Assembly: GCA_040752575.1 (NCBI GenBank)
Contig: JBFMGK010000066.1
Coordinates: 57,185-121,184 of the forward strand
Source: Candidatus Bipolaricaulota bacterium
Lineage (GTDB): Bacteria; Bipolaricaulota; Bipolaricaulia; UBA7950; UBA9294
Length of the DNA stretch: 64,000 nucleotides
Direction: 5' to 3'
Part shown: piece after piece, positions 9,427-19,897 of the stretch
Layout of the letters: every line of letters starts with the position of its first letter
How positions within the stretch are numbered: position 1 is the first letter of the stretch
The notes under the pieces: model-generated
What the model saw: the letters and a program-made list of their open reading frames with translations, nothing else
The model's database searches: none
Told to the model about the DNA's origin: nothing
Made by a program: the position numbers and the translations under genes

Positions 9427-11058
9427 CTAGAGTTTGCCCTCCCGCCGATCCCGTTCGGTGTCTTCGGGCGCCCGCTCGGTAGGCTCGCCATACCCCCCGC
9501 CGCCGGGCGTCTCAACGCAGAGAGCGTCGCCCGGTTCCAGCGTGAAGACCCCTTTGGACGGGACGTCCTCCATCGTTCCGTCCGCGCGGCGGACGGCGTT
9601 CCTGCCAGATCTTCCCGGACTTCCCCCTGCAACCCCGTACGCCGTACTCAATCGGCGCTCCGAGAGAATCGACACGCGGGCGGCATGTCCAACGGCCTCC
9701 ACCTCGCGGCGGATCCCCAGCCCGCCGCGCCAACGACCCGCGCCGCCGCTCCCGGCGACCAGCTCGTAGCGCCGCACGCGGAGTGGATAGACCTTCTCCA
9801 GCGCCTCAATCGGCGTGTTGAGCGTGTTGGTCATGTGAGCGTGAACGCCATCGATCCCGTCCTGATCTGGGCGCGCCCCGAAGCCGCCGGCCACGGTCTC
9901 GTAGAACGTGTAGACGCGGGCCGTCCTCGGATCACATCCCCCAAACGTGACGTTGTTCATCGTTCCCTGAGATGCGGCCACGGCGTGCGCAGGCCGCGCT
10001 GCCCCCAGCGCGCCGAGCAGGACGTCGACAATGCGCTGTGACGTCTCGAGGTTTCCGCCAACCACCGCGGCAGGCGGTCGCGGATTCAGGATCGTCCCTA
10101 GGGGCGCGTGAATCTGGATTGGACGAAAGGCCCCCTCGTTCGGCGGTATCGTCGGGTCGGTCGCCGCGAGTACCGCGAAGTACACGGCGGACGCCGTGAC
10201 GGCAGGAACGGCGTTCAGCGGCCCGGCAGTCTGCGGCGCGCTCCCCGTGAAGTCGACCTCGAGGGTGTCGCCGCCCGAGGTGACCGCGACGCGTATCGGA
10301 AGGGGGCCACGGCCCGCACCGTCGTCCTCGAGCGCGTCTTCAAACGCATACTTCCCCTTCGGGATCGCGGACAAGGCATCGCGCATGCGTCGCTCGGCAT
10401 AGTTCAGCACTGCCTGCATCCCGTCGACCAGCCGGTCGCGGCCATGGCGGGCGGCCAACGCCGCGACGCGCTCCACGCCGACCCGGCACCCGGCAGACTG
10501 TGCCTCGAGGTCCCCGCGGCGTTCCTCTGGAGTTCGCACATTCAGGAGGATCAGCGACAAGAGGTCGTGGTCCGGTCGTCCGCATCTCCAGAGCTTCACC
10601 GGCGGGATCCGCAGTCCTTCCTGGAAGATCTCCACGCAATCGGCGGCAACACTGCCGGGCTCCTTGCCCCCGACATCCGCGTGATGGGCTCGGTTCGCAA
10701 CGAACGCGACCAGCATGTGGCCGACGAAAACCGGGGCCACGAACGTAATGTCGGGCAGATGGGCCCCGCCCGCGTAGGGGTCATTCATCACAGCGATGTC
10801 CCCCGGCGACCACCGGCGCACGGCGGCACAAGCGGAAGCCACCGAGAAGGGCATCGCGCCGAGGTGGACGGGTATCGACTCTGCCTGGGCAACAAGGCGC
10901 CCCGACGCATCCAACACCGCCGATGAGCAGTCCCGGCGCTCGTTCACGTTCGGGCTGTACGCCGTTCGAATCAGGTCGGCGTTCATTTCTTCCGCGACCG
11001 CGGCGAGACCATGGCGCAAAACCTCCAGCCCCGCGGCATCCAACCCTCGCCGACTCAT
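9427..11058 (-). CDS. Hydantoinase B / 5-oxoprolinase subunit
   Basis: ERRDCS, IPVHLG, NDPYAGGAHLPD, QEGLRIPP, QGTMNN, ETPGGGGYG. Confidence 0.92.
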   Translation of the reverse strand: MSRRGLDAAGLEVLRHGLAAVAEEMNADLIRTAYSPNVNERRDCSSAVLDASGRLVAQAESIPVHLGAMPFSVASACAAVRRWSPGDIAVMNDPYAGGAHLPDITFVAPVFVGHMLVAFVANRAHHADVGGKEPGSVAADCVEIFQEGLRIPPVKLWRCGRPDHDLLSLILLNVRTPEERRGDLEAQSAGCRVGVERVAALAARHGRDRLVDGMQAVLNYAERRMRDALSAIPKGKYAFEDALEDDGAGRGPLPIRVAVTSGGDTLEVDFTGSAPQTAGPLNAVPAVTASAVYFAVLAATDPTIPPNEGAFRPIQIHAPLGTILNPRPPAAVVGGNLETSQRIVDVLLGALGAARPAHAVAASQGTMNNVTFGGCDPRTARVYTFYETVAGGFGARPDQDGIDGVHAHMTNTLNTPIEALEKVYPLRVRRYELVAGSGGAGRWRGGLGIRREVEAVGHAARVSILSERRLSTAYGVAGGSPGRSGRNAVRRADGTMEDVPSKGVFTLEPGDALCVETPGGGGYGEPTERAPEDTERDRREGKL

Positions 11059-13082
11059 CCGACCTCCACGTGAAGGTGGCCGGACGCATCGGCCACCCCG
11101 CGGGCGCCCGGCGGGATCACGACCGTCGTGTCCCCACCGACGAGGATGGCTGGACCGCGAAGCGGTCGTCCGATCTCGACCTGCGCTCGGTCATGCACAT
11201 GAACAGGCACAGCTCCCCGCGAGTCGAACCATGCCAGCACTTCTCGTCTCGCCGAATGGCTCAAAGCCGCCGCTTCCGCGGCCGGGACTCGGCGAGGCTC
11301 GGGCCCATGGGCCCGGACGCGCAGCGTGACGAGTTCGACGTCTCGGTGCAGCGCAGCATGTCCAAACCGCCGTTCATGCGCAGCGTCGAACTCCCGCCGG
11401 ACCTCTCCGGGACTCAGGGCTCCCGCGCCCCAACGCACGGGAACCGAGACCTCGTGCGACTGCCCCACGTATCGCATGTCTGCGGTCACGCGGAAGCGAA
11501 CGTCCGCACCCGCGAATCCTTCGCCGCACAGCGCGGCGCGCCCGCGTTCCACTAGCGGGGCGACGCGGGTTTCGAGATCCTCTCCCGTCATGCTGCCGAG
11601 GAGTTGTAGGATCGTCAGGCTCTCGTCGTGCCCCGCCTCGGCCACGAGAAGTCCGAAGGCGGAAAGGACGCCGGCAAGACGCGGGATCACGACTCGTTCA
11701 ATGCCCAGCCGCCGCGCAAGGGAGACGGCGTGGAGAGGGCCCGCGCCTCCAAAGGCGACCAACGCGTAGTCCCTAGGATCCTGACCTCGCTCGACGGTCA
11801 TAACACGGATTGCACGCTCCATCGCTGCTTCTGCGACGTCGAGAATCCCTAGCGCCACTTGCTCCACGGGCACCCCCAGAGTGCCAGCAAGGTCGTCGCC
11901 AAGAGCCGCCCGCGCCGCCTCCGTGTCAAGACGCGTCAGAGATCCGATCGGCAGGTCAGCCACCACGCGCCCTAGGACGAGGTGGGCGTCCGTGACCGTC
12001 GGGCGTGCGCCGCCGCGACCGTAGCACGCCGGACCGGGATCTGCGCCGGCACTCTGCGGGCCAACGCGCAGTGCACCCCCCCCATCCAGCCAGGCGATGC
12101 TTCCCCCGCCGGCCCCGATGGAATGCACCGCGACCGCCGGAAGCGCCACCGGGTATCCCCCGACCGTCGCATGGGCCGTCCATTCCGCCTCCCCGCCGGT
12201 GACGACGGAGACGTCACAGCTCGTCCCGCCCATGTCGATCCCGATGACGTTCGGCTCGCCGACTTCCCGTCCGAGCCAGCGGATCGCCTCAACACCTCCC
12301 GCGGGGCCCGATAGGACAAGCCGCGCCGGGTTGTCTGCCGCACGACGAGCGCCCACGACGGCTCCATTCGATTGCATCACGCGCCATGTCCGCGGTAGGC
12401 CCAAAGCTGCGGCTCCCTCTTCAAGAGACTGAAGCGCCACGTCGATCTTGGGGCGCAACGCCGCGCAGACCACGGTCGTCGAGATCCGCTCCACTTCGCG
12501 GAAGACCGGCAACACGTCGCTCGATGCGACGATGGGGACACCCAGCCGCACAGACAGGGCCTCGACGACACGCCGCTCATGCTCCGGCCGCAGATAGGAG
12601 AAGAGGAAGGCCACGGCGACGGCCTCGACGTGCTCTCGAACCAGATCGCCAGCCACCCGTTCCACATCGTCCATGTTGAGCGGCATCTCGACCTCGCCCT
12701 CCGCCGTCACGCGCTCCCGCACTTCGAAGCGTAGGTTCCGAGGCACAAGCGGCAGCGGCCGACGCACCCCTAGGTCGTAGAGTGAAGCACGGTTCTGGCG
12801 CCCGATCTCGAGGACATCGCGAAACCCTTCCGTTGTCACCAGGGCCGTCCGCGCCCACGTCCGCTCAAGAAGGGCGTTTGTGGCTACGGTCGACGCGTAC
12901 AACATCTCGGCCACGCCCTTCGGGTCTACGATTCCCAGTTCGACCAGTCGGCGGAGGCCGTTCAGGACGGCCTGGCCCGCATCAGCCCCTGAAGGTTCCT
13001 TCGCGACACGCAGCCTATCTCGGTCCGCGACGACGAAGTCCACGAACGTGCCCCCGACGTCGATTGCGATCGTCTGCGCCAT
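11055..13082 (-). CDS. Hydantoinase A / 5-oxoprolinase ATP-binding subunit
   Basis: DVGGTFVD, STVATNALL, SGPAGG, DMGGTS, GAGGGS, FGGAGPLH. Confidence 0.92.
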   Translation of the reverse strand: MAQTIAIDVGGTFVDFVVADRDRLRVAKEPSGADAGQAVLNGLRRLVELGIVDPKGVAEMLYASTVATNALLERTWARTALVTTEGFRDVLEIGRQNRASLYDLGVRRPLPLVPRNLRFEVRERVTAEGEVEMPLNMDDVERVAGDLVREHVEAVAVAFLFSYLRPEHERRVVEALSVRLGVPIVASSDVLPVFREVERISTTVVCAALRPKIDVALQSLEEGAAALGLPRTWRVMQSNGAVVGARRAADNPARLVLSGPAGGVEAIRWLGREVGEPNVIGIDMGGTSCDVSVVTGGEAEWTAHATVGGYPVALPAVAVHSIGAGGGSIAWLDGGGALRVGPQSAGADPGPACYGRGGARPTVTDAHLVLGRVVADLPIGSLTRLDTEAARAALGDDLAGTLGVPVEQVALGILDVAEAAMERAIRVMTVERGQDPRDYALVAFGGAGPLHAVSLARRLGIERVVIPRLAGVLSAFGLLVAEAGHDESLTILQLLGSMTGEDLETRVAPLVERGRAALCGEGFAGADVRFRVTADMRYVGQSHEVSVPVRWGAGALSPGEVRREFDAAHERRFGHAALHRDVELVTLRVRAHGPEPRRVPAAEAAALSHSARREVLAWFDSRGAVPVHVHDRAQVEIGRPLRGPAILVGGDTTVVIPPGARGVADASGHLHVEVG

Positions 13083-13090
13083 GGCGGGGG

Positions 13091-13098
13091 AGTATAGT
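13091..13098. promoter_or_regulatory. Overlapping -10 elements at the divergent junction of hydantoinase A and tdh
   Basis: AGTATAGT gives TATACT on the minus strand (8 nt from the ATG at 13082) and TATAGT on the plus strand; no good -35. Confidence 0.45.
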
Positions 13099-13132
13099 AC
13101 ACTCTCGCCCGCCGAGCAGAAGGGGGTTGTCG

Positions 13133-14110
13133 ATGGCAGCGACGCCGGAGCGAATCCTCGTCACAGGGGCCGGGGGCCAGATTGGTTCGGAGTTGGTGCC
13201 GCACCTGCGCCGACGCCATGGCGCGGACGTCGTGGTGGCCACCGACGTCCGCGAGACGGCCCGCGATGCGCTGGGCCCAGGACCCTTCGAGGTCCTCGAC
13301 GTCCGCGACCGCGGTCGCCTGCGCGAGGTCGTGGATCGCCATCAGATCGGCGTGGTCTTCCACATGGCGGCCATCCTCTCCGCCATGGGCGAAGCTCATC
13401 CCCAGCTCGCCTGGGACGTGAACGTCGGCGGGCTCGTGAACGTTCTCGAAGTGGCGCGGGAGCGAGAGTTGCGGCGCGTCTTTTGCCCGAGCTCGATTGC
13501 CGTCTTTGGTCCAGAGACTCCGCGGGAGCTTGCACCCCAGTCGGGCGTGCTCCGCCCTTCCACGATGTACGGCCTCTCCAAGGTCACCGGGGAACTGCTT
13601 GCGGACTACTACGCACAACGGTACGGCCTTGACGTCCGAGGTCTCCGCTATCCCGGCATCATCTCGAGCGAGGCCCCTCCCGGCGGAGGCACGACCGACT
13701 TCGCCGTCGACATGTTCGTCGAAGCCCTCCGCACAGAGCGCTACACGTGCTTCGTCCGCCCGGACACCGTCCTGCCCATGATGTACATGCCCGACTGCAT
13801 TCGCGCAACGATCCAGATCATGGATGCACCGCCGGACTCGCTCTCACGACGCGCCGACTACAACCTCGCGTCTATGAGCTTCTCGGCCGCCGAGCTCGCG
13901 GCCGAGATCCAGAAGAGCGTCCCCTCGTTCTGCTGCACTTACGAGCCGGACTTCCGGCAGGCCATCGCGGACTCCTGGCCCCGCGAAGTCGATGACTCGG
14001 CCGCGCGCGCCGACTGGGGCTGGTCCCCGTCCTACAGCCTCCCGACGATGGCTGAAGACATGCTGCGTCGCCTTGCCGACCGACGCCGCGGCATACACCC
14101 GTCGCCTTGA
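13133..14110 (+). CDS. L-threonine 3-dehydrogenase (SDR/epimerase type)
   Basis: GAGGQIG, PSSIAVFG, YGLSK, PGGGTTD, PMMYMPD, RQAIADSWP. Confidence 0.85.
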   Translation: MAATPERILVTGAGGQIGSELVPHLRRRHGADVVVATDVRETARDALGPGPFEVLDVRDRGRLREVVDRHQIGVVFHMAAILSAMGEAHPQLAWDVNVGGLVNVLEVARERELRRVFCPSSIAVFGPETPRELAPQSGVLRPSTMYGLSKVTGELLADYYAQRYGLDVRGLRYPGIISSEAPPGGGTTDFAVDMFVEALRTERYTCFVRPDTVLPMMYMPDCIRATIQIMDAPPDSLSRRADYNLASMSFSAAELAAEIQKSVPSFCCTYEPDFRQAIADSWPREVDDSAARADWGWSPSYSLPTMAEDMLRRLADRRRGIHPSP

Positions 14111-14129
14111 GCCTGGCGTAGAAACGAGC

Positions 14130-14158
14130 GAGGGACTCCGCTCTCGCCGGAGTCCCTC
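14130..14158. terminator. Hairpin between the convergent tdh and rplQ genes; likely terminator of the ribosomal superoperon
   Basis: GAGGGACTCCG / CGGAGTCCCTC perfect 11-bp stem. Confidence 0.7.
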
Positions 14159-14183
14159 ATCACATCGCGCCTCTGGCCGCGAT

Positions 14184-14537
14184 CTAGGGAAGTAGCATCA
14201 GTCGCGCCTGCTCAGCTCCATCGCCCCGACGCGGGCCGAGCTTCACGACGCGCGTGTAGCCCCCTGCCTTCTCCTTGAGTCGCGGTCCGATCTCGCCGAA
14301 CAGCCGGTCCACCGCCGCCTTGTCCTGAAGGCGTGCGAACGCGATCCGTCGCGCGTGGAGGTCGCCCCGGCGGGCCAGCGTGATCAGGCGTTCGGCGTAG
14401 CGTTGCCCCGCCTTCGCGCGGACGAACGTCGTGTCGACCTTAGAGTGGAGGATCAGCGCGTTTGTCAGGTTCGCAAGCACCCGCCGCCGGTGACTCGCCA
14501 CCATCCCGATCTTCTCGACGCCGTCTCTATGCCGCAT
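14184..14537 (-). CDS. rplQ: 50S ribosomal protein L17
   Basis: MRHR start, AERLITLA, GGYTRVVKLGPRRGDGA. Confidence 0.96.
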   Translation of the reverse strand: MRHRDGVEKIGMVASHRRRVLANLTNALILHSKVDTTFVRAKAGQRYAERLITLARRGDLHARRIAFARLQDKAAVDRLFGEIGPRLKEKAGGYTRVVKLGPRRGDGAEQARLMLLP

Positions 14538-15483
14538 GGTGAATCTCCCCTTCGTTCCGCAGGGCGTACCCAAGCTCTGCCAGCCGCTCTTCCACCTTGG
14601 TGAGCGTCTTCGCCCCGAAACCGTGAATGTCCAGTAACTCCTCACGCGGCCGGGCAAGGAGTTGTCCCAGCGTCGTGATGTCCGCCTCTTGAAGGAGGTT
14701 GCATGCCCGTTGGTCGATCTCAAGGTCGACCAGGGGAATCGAGAGCTCGTGAGATTCGCCGCCCCCTGCAGTCTCCTCGATCGACATCCCGAACGGGTGC
14801 TCTGCGAACCCCCGGAAGAGCTCCAGGTGGCGTAGCAAGAGCCGACTCGCCTCGGAGACGGCCTCCTCGGGTCGGATGCTTCCGTTCGTCACGACGTCGA
14901 GGATCAGTCTCTCGTATCCCGTCTTGCCCCCCACTCGCGTCTCCTCGACGGCGAAATTCACCTTCCTCACCGGCGAGAAATCCGCATCGATCGGAATGAC
15001 CGAGAGCGGAGCGTCCTCGGGACGATTCTGCTCTGCCGGGAGGTACGAGAAGCCCGTCTCGACCTCCAGTTCAAGATCCAGAACCGCTTTGGGGTTCAGG
15101 GTTGCTATGTGCACCTCGGGGTTCACGACCTCGACACCCGGCGGCAACTCCACGTCCGCCGCCGTCACGGTCCCCGGGCCGCGTTTCTCCAGCGTCAATC
15201 GCTTCACGCCTTCCTCGTGCACGCGAAGCGCGATACCTTTCAGGTTCAGGAGAATCTCGAGGATGTCCTCCTTGACGCCTTCGATCGTGTCGTACTCGTG
15301 ATACTTTCCGGCGAACCGCACCCGGACGATGGCCGCCCCCGGGATCGCCGTCAGCAGAGTCCGCCGCAGCGCGTTCCCCAGCGTCGTTCCGAAACCCGCC
15401 TCCAGCGGCTCGAGAACGATTCGGCCACTGGTCTCGGTGAGCTCCGCAACCTTGACGTCCTTGGGAAAGACCATCTCGTCCAT
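14527..15483 (-). CDS. rpoA: RNA polymerase alpha subunit
   Basis: LEPLEAGFGTTLGNALRR, HEY, DADFSPV and an alpha-CTD; AGGAGGTG RBS. Confidence 0.97.
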   Translation of the reverse strand: MDEMVFPKDVKVAELTETSGRIVLEPLEAGFGTTLGNALRRTLLTAIPGAAIVRVRFAGKYHEYDTIEGVKEDILEILLNLKGIALRVHEEGVKRLTLEKRGPGTVTAADVELPPGVEVVNPEVHIATLNPKAVLDLELEVETGFSYLPAEQNRPEDAPLSVIPIDADFSPVRKVNFAVEETRVGGKTGYERLILDVVTNGSIRPEEAVSEASRLLLRHLELFRGFAEHPFGMSIEETAGGGESHELSIPLVDLEIDQRACNLLQEADITTLGQLLARPREELLDIHGFGAKTLTKVEERLAELGYALRNEGEIHHAA

Positions 15484-15492
15484 GCCCACCTC

Positions 15493-16116
15493 CTAGCGGG
15501 AGTAGAACTCGACGATGAGGTTGGCCGCGATGTCCAACCCAAGCTGAGCCACGGTGGGAAGCGCCACAACCTGGAAGGTCAGCGTCTCGGCGTTGCGAGT
15601 GATCCACGCAGGAACGTCGCGCCCCTCGTTGGCTTCGACGATCGCGCGCACCTTGTCACGGCGTACCTCTTTGATGCTCGCCATGTCACCCTCACGCAAG
15701 AGAATCGAAGGAACGTTCGAGGCTCGGCCGTTCAGGTTGAAGTGCCCGTGCACGATGAGCTGGCGCGCTTGCTGCCGCGAACTCGCAAACCCCGCCCGGT
15801 ACACCATGTTGTCGAACCGCTGCTCCAGCATCTGCAGCAGGGCCTCGCCCGTTGCTCCCTTCACTCCTTTGGCGCGATCGACGTAGATCCGGAACTGGCT
15901 CTCACGCAGCCCGTAGATCCTTCGAGCCTTCTGCTTCTCACGCAAGTGAAGCTGGTATTGGCTGCGGCGTGGGCGTCGCTTCTTCGGGCCCTCTCCCGGC
16001 GGGTTCGCGCGCCGCGACAGCGCGCAACTCCGCGAGTAACAGCGGTCGCCCTTCAGAAAGAGCTTCTCGCCCTCGCGCCGACACTGCTTGCACTTCGCCG
16101 CGGTATCGCGTCCCAT
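15493..16116 (-). CDS. rpsD: 30S ribosomal protein S4 (zinc-type)
   Basis: CKQCRREG, LREKQK, ARQLIVHGH, IVEFYSR. Confidence 0.97.
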   Translation of the reverse strand: MGRDTAAKCKQCRREGEKLFLKGDRCYSRSCALSRRANPPGEGPKKRRPRRSQYQLHLREKQKARRIYGLRESQFRIYVDRAKGVKGATGEALLQMLEQRFDNMVYRAGFASSRQQARQLIVHGHFNLNGRASNVPSILLREGDMASIKEVRRDKVRAIVEANEGRDVPAWITRNAETLTFQVVALPTVAQLGLDIAANLIVEFYSR

Positions 16117-16463
16117 CAGATTCTCCCCTTGCTATGAGAAGCCGGCGTCACGTTCTTCACCTCTTCGACCCGAATCCCGGACGCCTTGATCGTCTGGACG
16201 ACCGATTGCCTCCCGGAACCTGTTCCCTTGACTCGAATGGCCACGCTGCGAACGCCGTAGTCCTTCATGTCCCGCACAAGAGCTTCGGCTGCGATCTGCG
16301 CAGCGTACGGCGTACCCTTTTTCGATCCCTTGTAGCCAACAACGCCCGGGCTTTTCCACGCCACGGGATGGCCGCTGGGATCGGTGACGGTGATGATGGT
16401 GTTGTTGAATGTCGAGTGCACGTGAATCAACGCCCGCTCGAGTTTGATGTTCTTCGTTGCCAT
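16116..16463 (-). CDS. rpsK: 30S ribosomal protein S11 with a short, divergent C-terminus
   Basis: HSTFNNTIITVTD, KKGTPYAAQ, VKGTGSGR. Confidence 0.96.
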   Translation of the reverse strand: MATKNIKLERALIHVHSTFNNTIITVTDPSGHPVAWKSPGVVGYKGSKKGTPYAAQIAAEALVRDMKDYGVRSVAIRVKGTGSGRQSVVQTIKASGIRVEEVKNVTPASHSKGRI

Positions 16464-16465
16464 CG

Positions 16466-16831
16466 CTACCTCTTCTTCCCGGCCTTCGCCGGCCGCGGGC
16501 CCTTCCACGTGCGCGCGTTCGCCCTCGTTCGCTGCCCTCGCACCGGGAGTCGCTTCTTGTGGCGTATGCCTCGGTACGCGTTGATGTCCTTCAAGCGCTG
16601 GATGCTCGAGGCGATTCGCCGGCGCAGGTCACCCTCGACGACGTACTGCTCGACCTCGCGACGCAGGTTCGCGACCTCGTTCTCGGTCAGGTCCTTGACC
16701 CGAACGTCGGGCGACACGCCCGCCTTCTCGAGGATCTCCGCCGCTCGCGGGGTCCCGATGCCGTACACGTACGTCAGCGCGACCTCGATGCGCTTGTTGC
16801 TGGGCAGGTTCACTCCGGCTATACGCGCCAT
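16466..16831 (-). CDS. rpsM: 30S ribosomal protein S13
   Basis: [24 protein letters not shown]. Confidence 0.97.
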   Translation of the reverse strand: MARIAGVNLPSNKRIEVALTYVYGIGTPRAAEILEKAGVSPDVRVKDLTENEVANLRREVEQYVVEGDLRRRIASSIQRLKDINAYRGIRHKKRLPVRGQRTRANARTWKGPRPAKAGKKR

Positions 16832-16842
16832 CTTCTCTCCCC

Positions 16843-16956
16843 TTATCCTTGGCGCTGCTTATGCTTTGGGTTCCGGCAGATCACCAACAGACGACCTTCT
16901 CGCCGGAGGACCTTGCACTTCGCGCACATTTTCTTGACGGATGCCCGGACCTTCAT
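16843..16956 (-). CDS. rpmJ: 50S ribosomal protein L36 (not in the ORF track)
   Basis: Manual translation: [37 protein letters not shown]. Confidence 0.96.
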   Translation of the reverse strand: MKVRASVKKMCAKCKVLRREGRLLVICRNPKHKQRQG

Positions 16957-16976
16957 CTGGTTCGGCGTAGAGCGCT

Positions 16977-17216
16977 CTAGCTCTCGCGGTAGACGATTCT
17001 CCCCTTGGTCAAATCATACGGGGACATCTCGACGATGACGCGATCGCCCGTGAGGATCCTGATGTAGTGCTTCCGGATCCTGCCTGAGATGTGACAGAGA
17101 ATGACGTGCCCATTCGTGAGCTGAACGCGGAACGTCGAGCCCGGCAGGCTCTCCGTCACCTCGCCCCGCTGGCGGATCACGTCCTCTTTCTTGCCACGAG
17201 GTTCATTCGTCGCCAC
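16977..17216 (-). CDS. infA: Translation initiation factor IF-1
   Basis: [30 protein letters not shown]. Confidence 0.96.
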   Translation of the reverse strand: MATNEPRGKKEDVIRQRGEVTESLPGSTFRVQLTNGHVILCHISGRIRKHYIRILTGDRVIVEMSPYDLTKGRIVYRES

Positions 17217-17979
17217 TACGCCTTCCTTCACCTCCCTGGGTCAGGACTATCGTTCCTTCCTGCATGAGAGCCACGGTATGCTCGAAATGCACTGCAAGTC
17301 CCCCGGACGCCGTTTCGACGGTCCACCCGTCGGCGCGCACCCGCGTCGGCAGGTCGTCCGTCTTGAGCATCGGCTCGATGGCCAACGTCATGCCAGCCCG
17401 CAACCGTACGCCGCGTCCCGGCGGCCCGTAGTTCGGGATCTGGGGGTCCTCGTGCAGCGCTCTCCCGATTCCGTGCCCAACGTACTCCTTCACGACATAG
17501 AACCCGTTCGCTTGAATATGGGTCCCTATCGCGTGAGAGACGTCTGACAACCGCTTGCCGATTGTAGCTTCTTTGATCCCCTCTCTCAAGCTCTGTTCGC
17601 CCACCTCGAGCAGACGCGCCGCATCCTCGGACACCTCGCCCACGGGGACCGTGGTCGCCATGTCCACGCAGAACCCGTCTCGTACCATCCCGATGTCGAT
17701 CGAGAACAGGTCTCCCTCGCGCAGCACCCGCTGAGGACTGGGAATCCCGTGCACGATCTCCTCGTTCAGCGAAGCGTTGATCACTCCCGGGAATCCAGCC
17801 AACCGATCGAACGCCGACTCGCCGCCGCAGGCGCGAATCCACTCGTCGGCCCGCTCGTTGAACCACGCCGTCGTTCTTCCCGGACGCACCTCTTCCACGA
17901 GTCGCTCCAGAATCTCCGCCAGAAGTCGGCCGTTCTCACGCATGGCCGAGATCTCAGCAACCGATTTCAGGACGATCAT
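17203..17979 (-). CDS. map: Type I methionine aminopeptidase
   Basis: HGIP, DIG..D, GHGIG..LHEDP, AIEPM, HFEHT. Confidence 0.96.
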   Translation of the reverse strand: MIVLKSVAEISAMRENGRLLAEILERLVEEVRPGRTTAWFNERADEWIRACGGESAFDRLAGFPGVINASLNEEIVHGIPSPQRVLREGDLFSIDIGMVRDGFCVDMATTVPVGEVSEDAARLLEVGEQSLREGIKEATIGKRLSDVSHAIGTHIQANGFYVVKEYVGHGIGRALHEDPQIPNYGPPGRGVRLRAGMTLAIEPMLKTDDLPTRVRADGWTVETASGGLAVHFEHTVALMQEGTIVLTQGGEGRRSGDE

Positions 17980-18605
17980 GCACTCAGAATCCGGAGGATC
18001 TCCTCGAACACCGCGTCGCTCCCCACATCGCCTCGAACCGACCGCAAGAGGCCGCGCTCCCGATAGTATGCGATGAGCGGCGATGTCGATCGCTCGTAGA
18101 CATCGTAGCGATTCTCGATGACGGAAGCCGTGTCATCATCGCGCTGGTACAGCTCCCCGCCGCACGTCGGGCACTTCGTCTCGCCGGGCTTGAGGTTGAA
18201 CGTTAGGTTGAAGATGGCGCCACACGAACGGCAGACGCGCCGCGCCGCAAGCCGGCGAACCACCTCGTCGCGAGACAGGTCGATGGTGATGACCACGTCA
18301 ATCGCAGTGATCGTCTCAAGGGCCTTTGCCTGGGCCACGGTTCTGGGGAATCCATCGAGCAGGAAGCCCGATGCGCCGGTCAGCCGTCCCCGAACCATGT
18401 CGATGATCAAGGCGTCGGGAACGAGTTCCCCGCGATCCATGTACCCCTTTGCCTTCTCGCCGAGCGGCGTCCTTCTTGCCACCTCGTCGCGGAGGACATC
18501 CCCGGTGGAAAGATGGGCAAGTCCGAGCGCTGCCGTCACCCGCTTCGCCTGCGTCCCCTTGCCCGCCCCCGGAGGTCCGAGGAACACGATCCGCCGTCCC
18601 GCCAC
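17976..18605 (-). CDS. adk: Adenylate kinase (zinc LID)
   Basis: GPPGAGKGTQ, LDGFPRT, CRSC...CPTC. Confidence 0.96.
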   Translation of the reverse strand: MAGRRIVFLGPPGAGKGTQAKRVTAALGLAHLSTGDVLRDEVARRTPLGEKAKGYMDRGELVPDALIIDMVRGRLTGASGFLLDGFPRTVAQAKALETITAIDVVITIDLSRDEVVRRLAARRVCRSCGAIFNLTFNLKPGETKCPTCGGELYQRDDDTASVIENRYDVYERSTSPLIAYYRERGLLRSVRGDVGSDAVFEEILRILSA

Positions 18606-18607
18606 GA

Positions 18608-19897
18608 CTAGCCCCTCCTCCCCAGCAGACGCCCTGACTTCGTCAAGCTCTCGTAGTGTCGCATGACCAGATGCGCCTCGACCTGCATCAGAGTGTCGAT
18701 TCCGACGCCAACCACGATGAGCAGAGACGTTCCGCCGATCAGGAACATCGTCTGGAGGTTGCTGACCGCGGAGAGGATGTACGGGAGAATCGCAATCGCC
18801 GACAGGAACACCGCACCGATGAGCAGGATGCGGTTCATGATCGACGTAACGTAGTCCGCCGTCGGCTGCCCCGGCCGAACCCCGGGGATGAAGCCACCGG
18901 CCTCGCGCACGTTCTTCGCGATGTCATTCGGATCAAACACGATCGAGCTGTAGAAATAGGTGAAGAAGAAGATAAGCAGGACGTACAGCCCCATGTAGAG
19001 CGGGCTCCCCGACTGGATGATGTACAGATGAGACTTGAGCGCCGGAATCGCTTCGAAGAGCGTAACCGGCAGACTCAGGAGTGCCGAGGCGAAGATGATC
19101 GGGATGACGCCGCCCTGATTGACGCGCAGCGGCAGATGCGAGGAGTGCCCGCCATAGATCCGTCGCCCCATCGTCCGCTTCGCATACTGAATCTGAATCT
19201 TGCGCTGTCCTTGCTGCACCATGACCATCGCAGCGACGACAACGACCAGCAGGGCAATGAAAACAAGACCCCAGATCGGACTCGCCGACCCCGTGCTGAT
19301 ACTCGTGACCATCGAGTTGATCGACGACGGGAACCTCGACAGAATGCCAATCATGATCAGCATGCTGATACCGTTTCCGATCCCATTCTCCGTGATGCGC
19401 TCGCCGAGCCACATCAGGAAGATCGTCCCCGTCGTGAGCGCCACGACCGTCGTCACGTAGAAGAGAATCCCCGTACCCTCGGTCGCCGCTCCCCGAATCA
19501 GCGTCGTCATGAACGCGCCTTGGACGATCGCGAGCGCAACGGTAGCCCAACGCGTGTAGGCCGTGATCTTTCTCCGTCCTTCACGGCCCTGCTGCTGCAT
19601 CTCCTTCAACTTCGGAACCACCGATGTCAACAGACTGAAGATGATCGACGCGTTGATATACGGCGTCACGCCGAGGGCGAAAAGGGAGAACTGCTGCAGC
19701 GCCCCCCCGGTGAACATGTTCATGAAGTCGAAGATGCCGCCGCTTCCGGTCGAGAACACCTGACGAAGCAGGTCCTTGCTCACCCCGGGCACGGTGATGT
19801 GCGTTCCTACACGGAAGACGATGATCGCCCCCAGCGTGAACAGGATACGTTTGCGCAGTTCAGGAACACGAAAGAGACTCGCGATCTTCTCCCACAT
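18608..19897 (-). CDS. secY: Preprotein translocase SecY
   Basis: FALGVTPYINASI, GIGNGIS, GVIPIIFA, FIPGVRPG, GGTSLLIVVGV. Confidence 0.97.
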   Translation of the reverse strand: MWEKIASLFRVPELRKRILFTLGAIIVFRVGTHITVPGVSKDLLRQVFSTGSGGIFDFMNMFTGGALQQFSLFALGVTPYINASIIFSLLTSVVPKLKEMQQQGREGRRKITAYTRWATVALAIVQGAFMTTLIRGAATEGTGILFYVTTVVALTTGTIFLMWLGERITENGIGNGISMLIMIGILSRFPSSINSMVTSISTGSASPIWGLVFIALLVVVVAAMVMVQQGQRKIQIQYAKRTMGRRIYGGHSSHLPLRVNQGGVIPIIFASALLSLPVTLFEAIPALKSHLYIIQSGSPLYMGLYVLLIFFFTYFYSSIVFDPNDIAKNVREAGGFIPGVRPGQPTADYVTSIMNRILLIGAVFLSAIAILPYILSAVSNLQTMFLIGGTSLLIVVGVGIDTLMQVEAHLVMRHYESLTKSGRLLGRRG

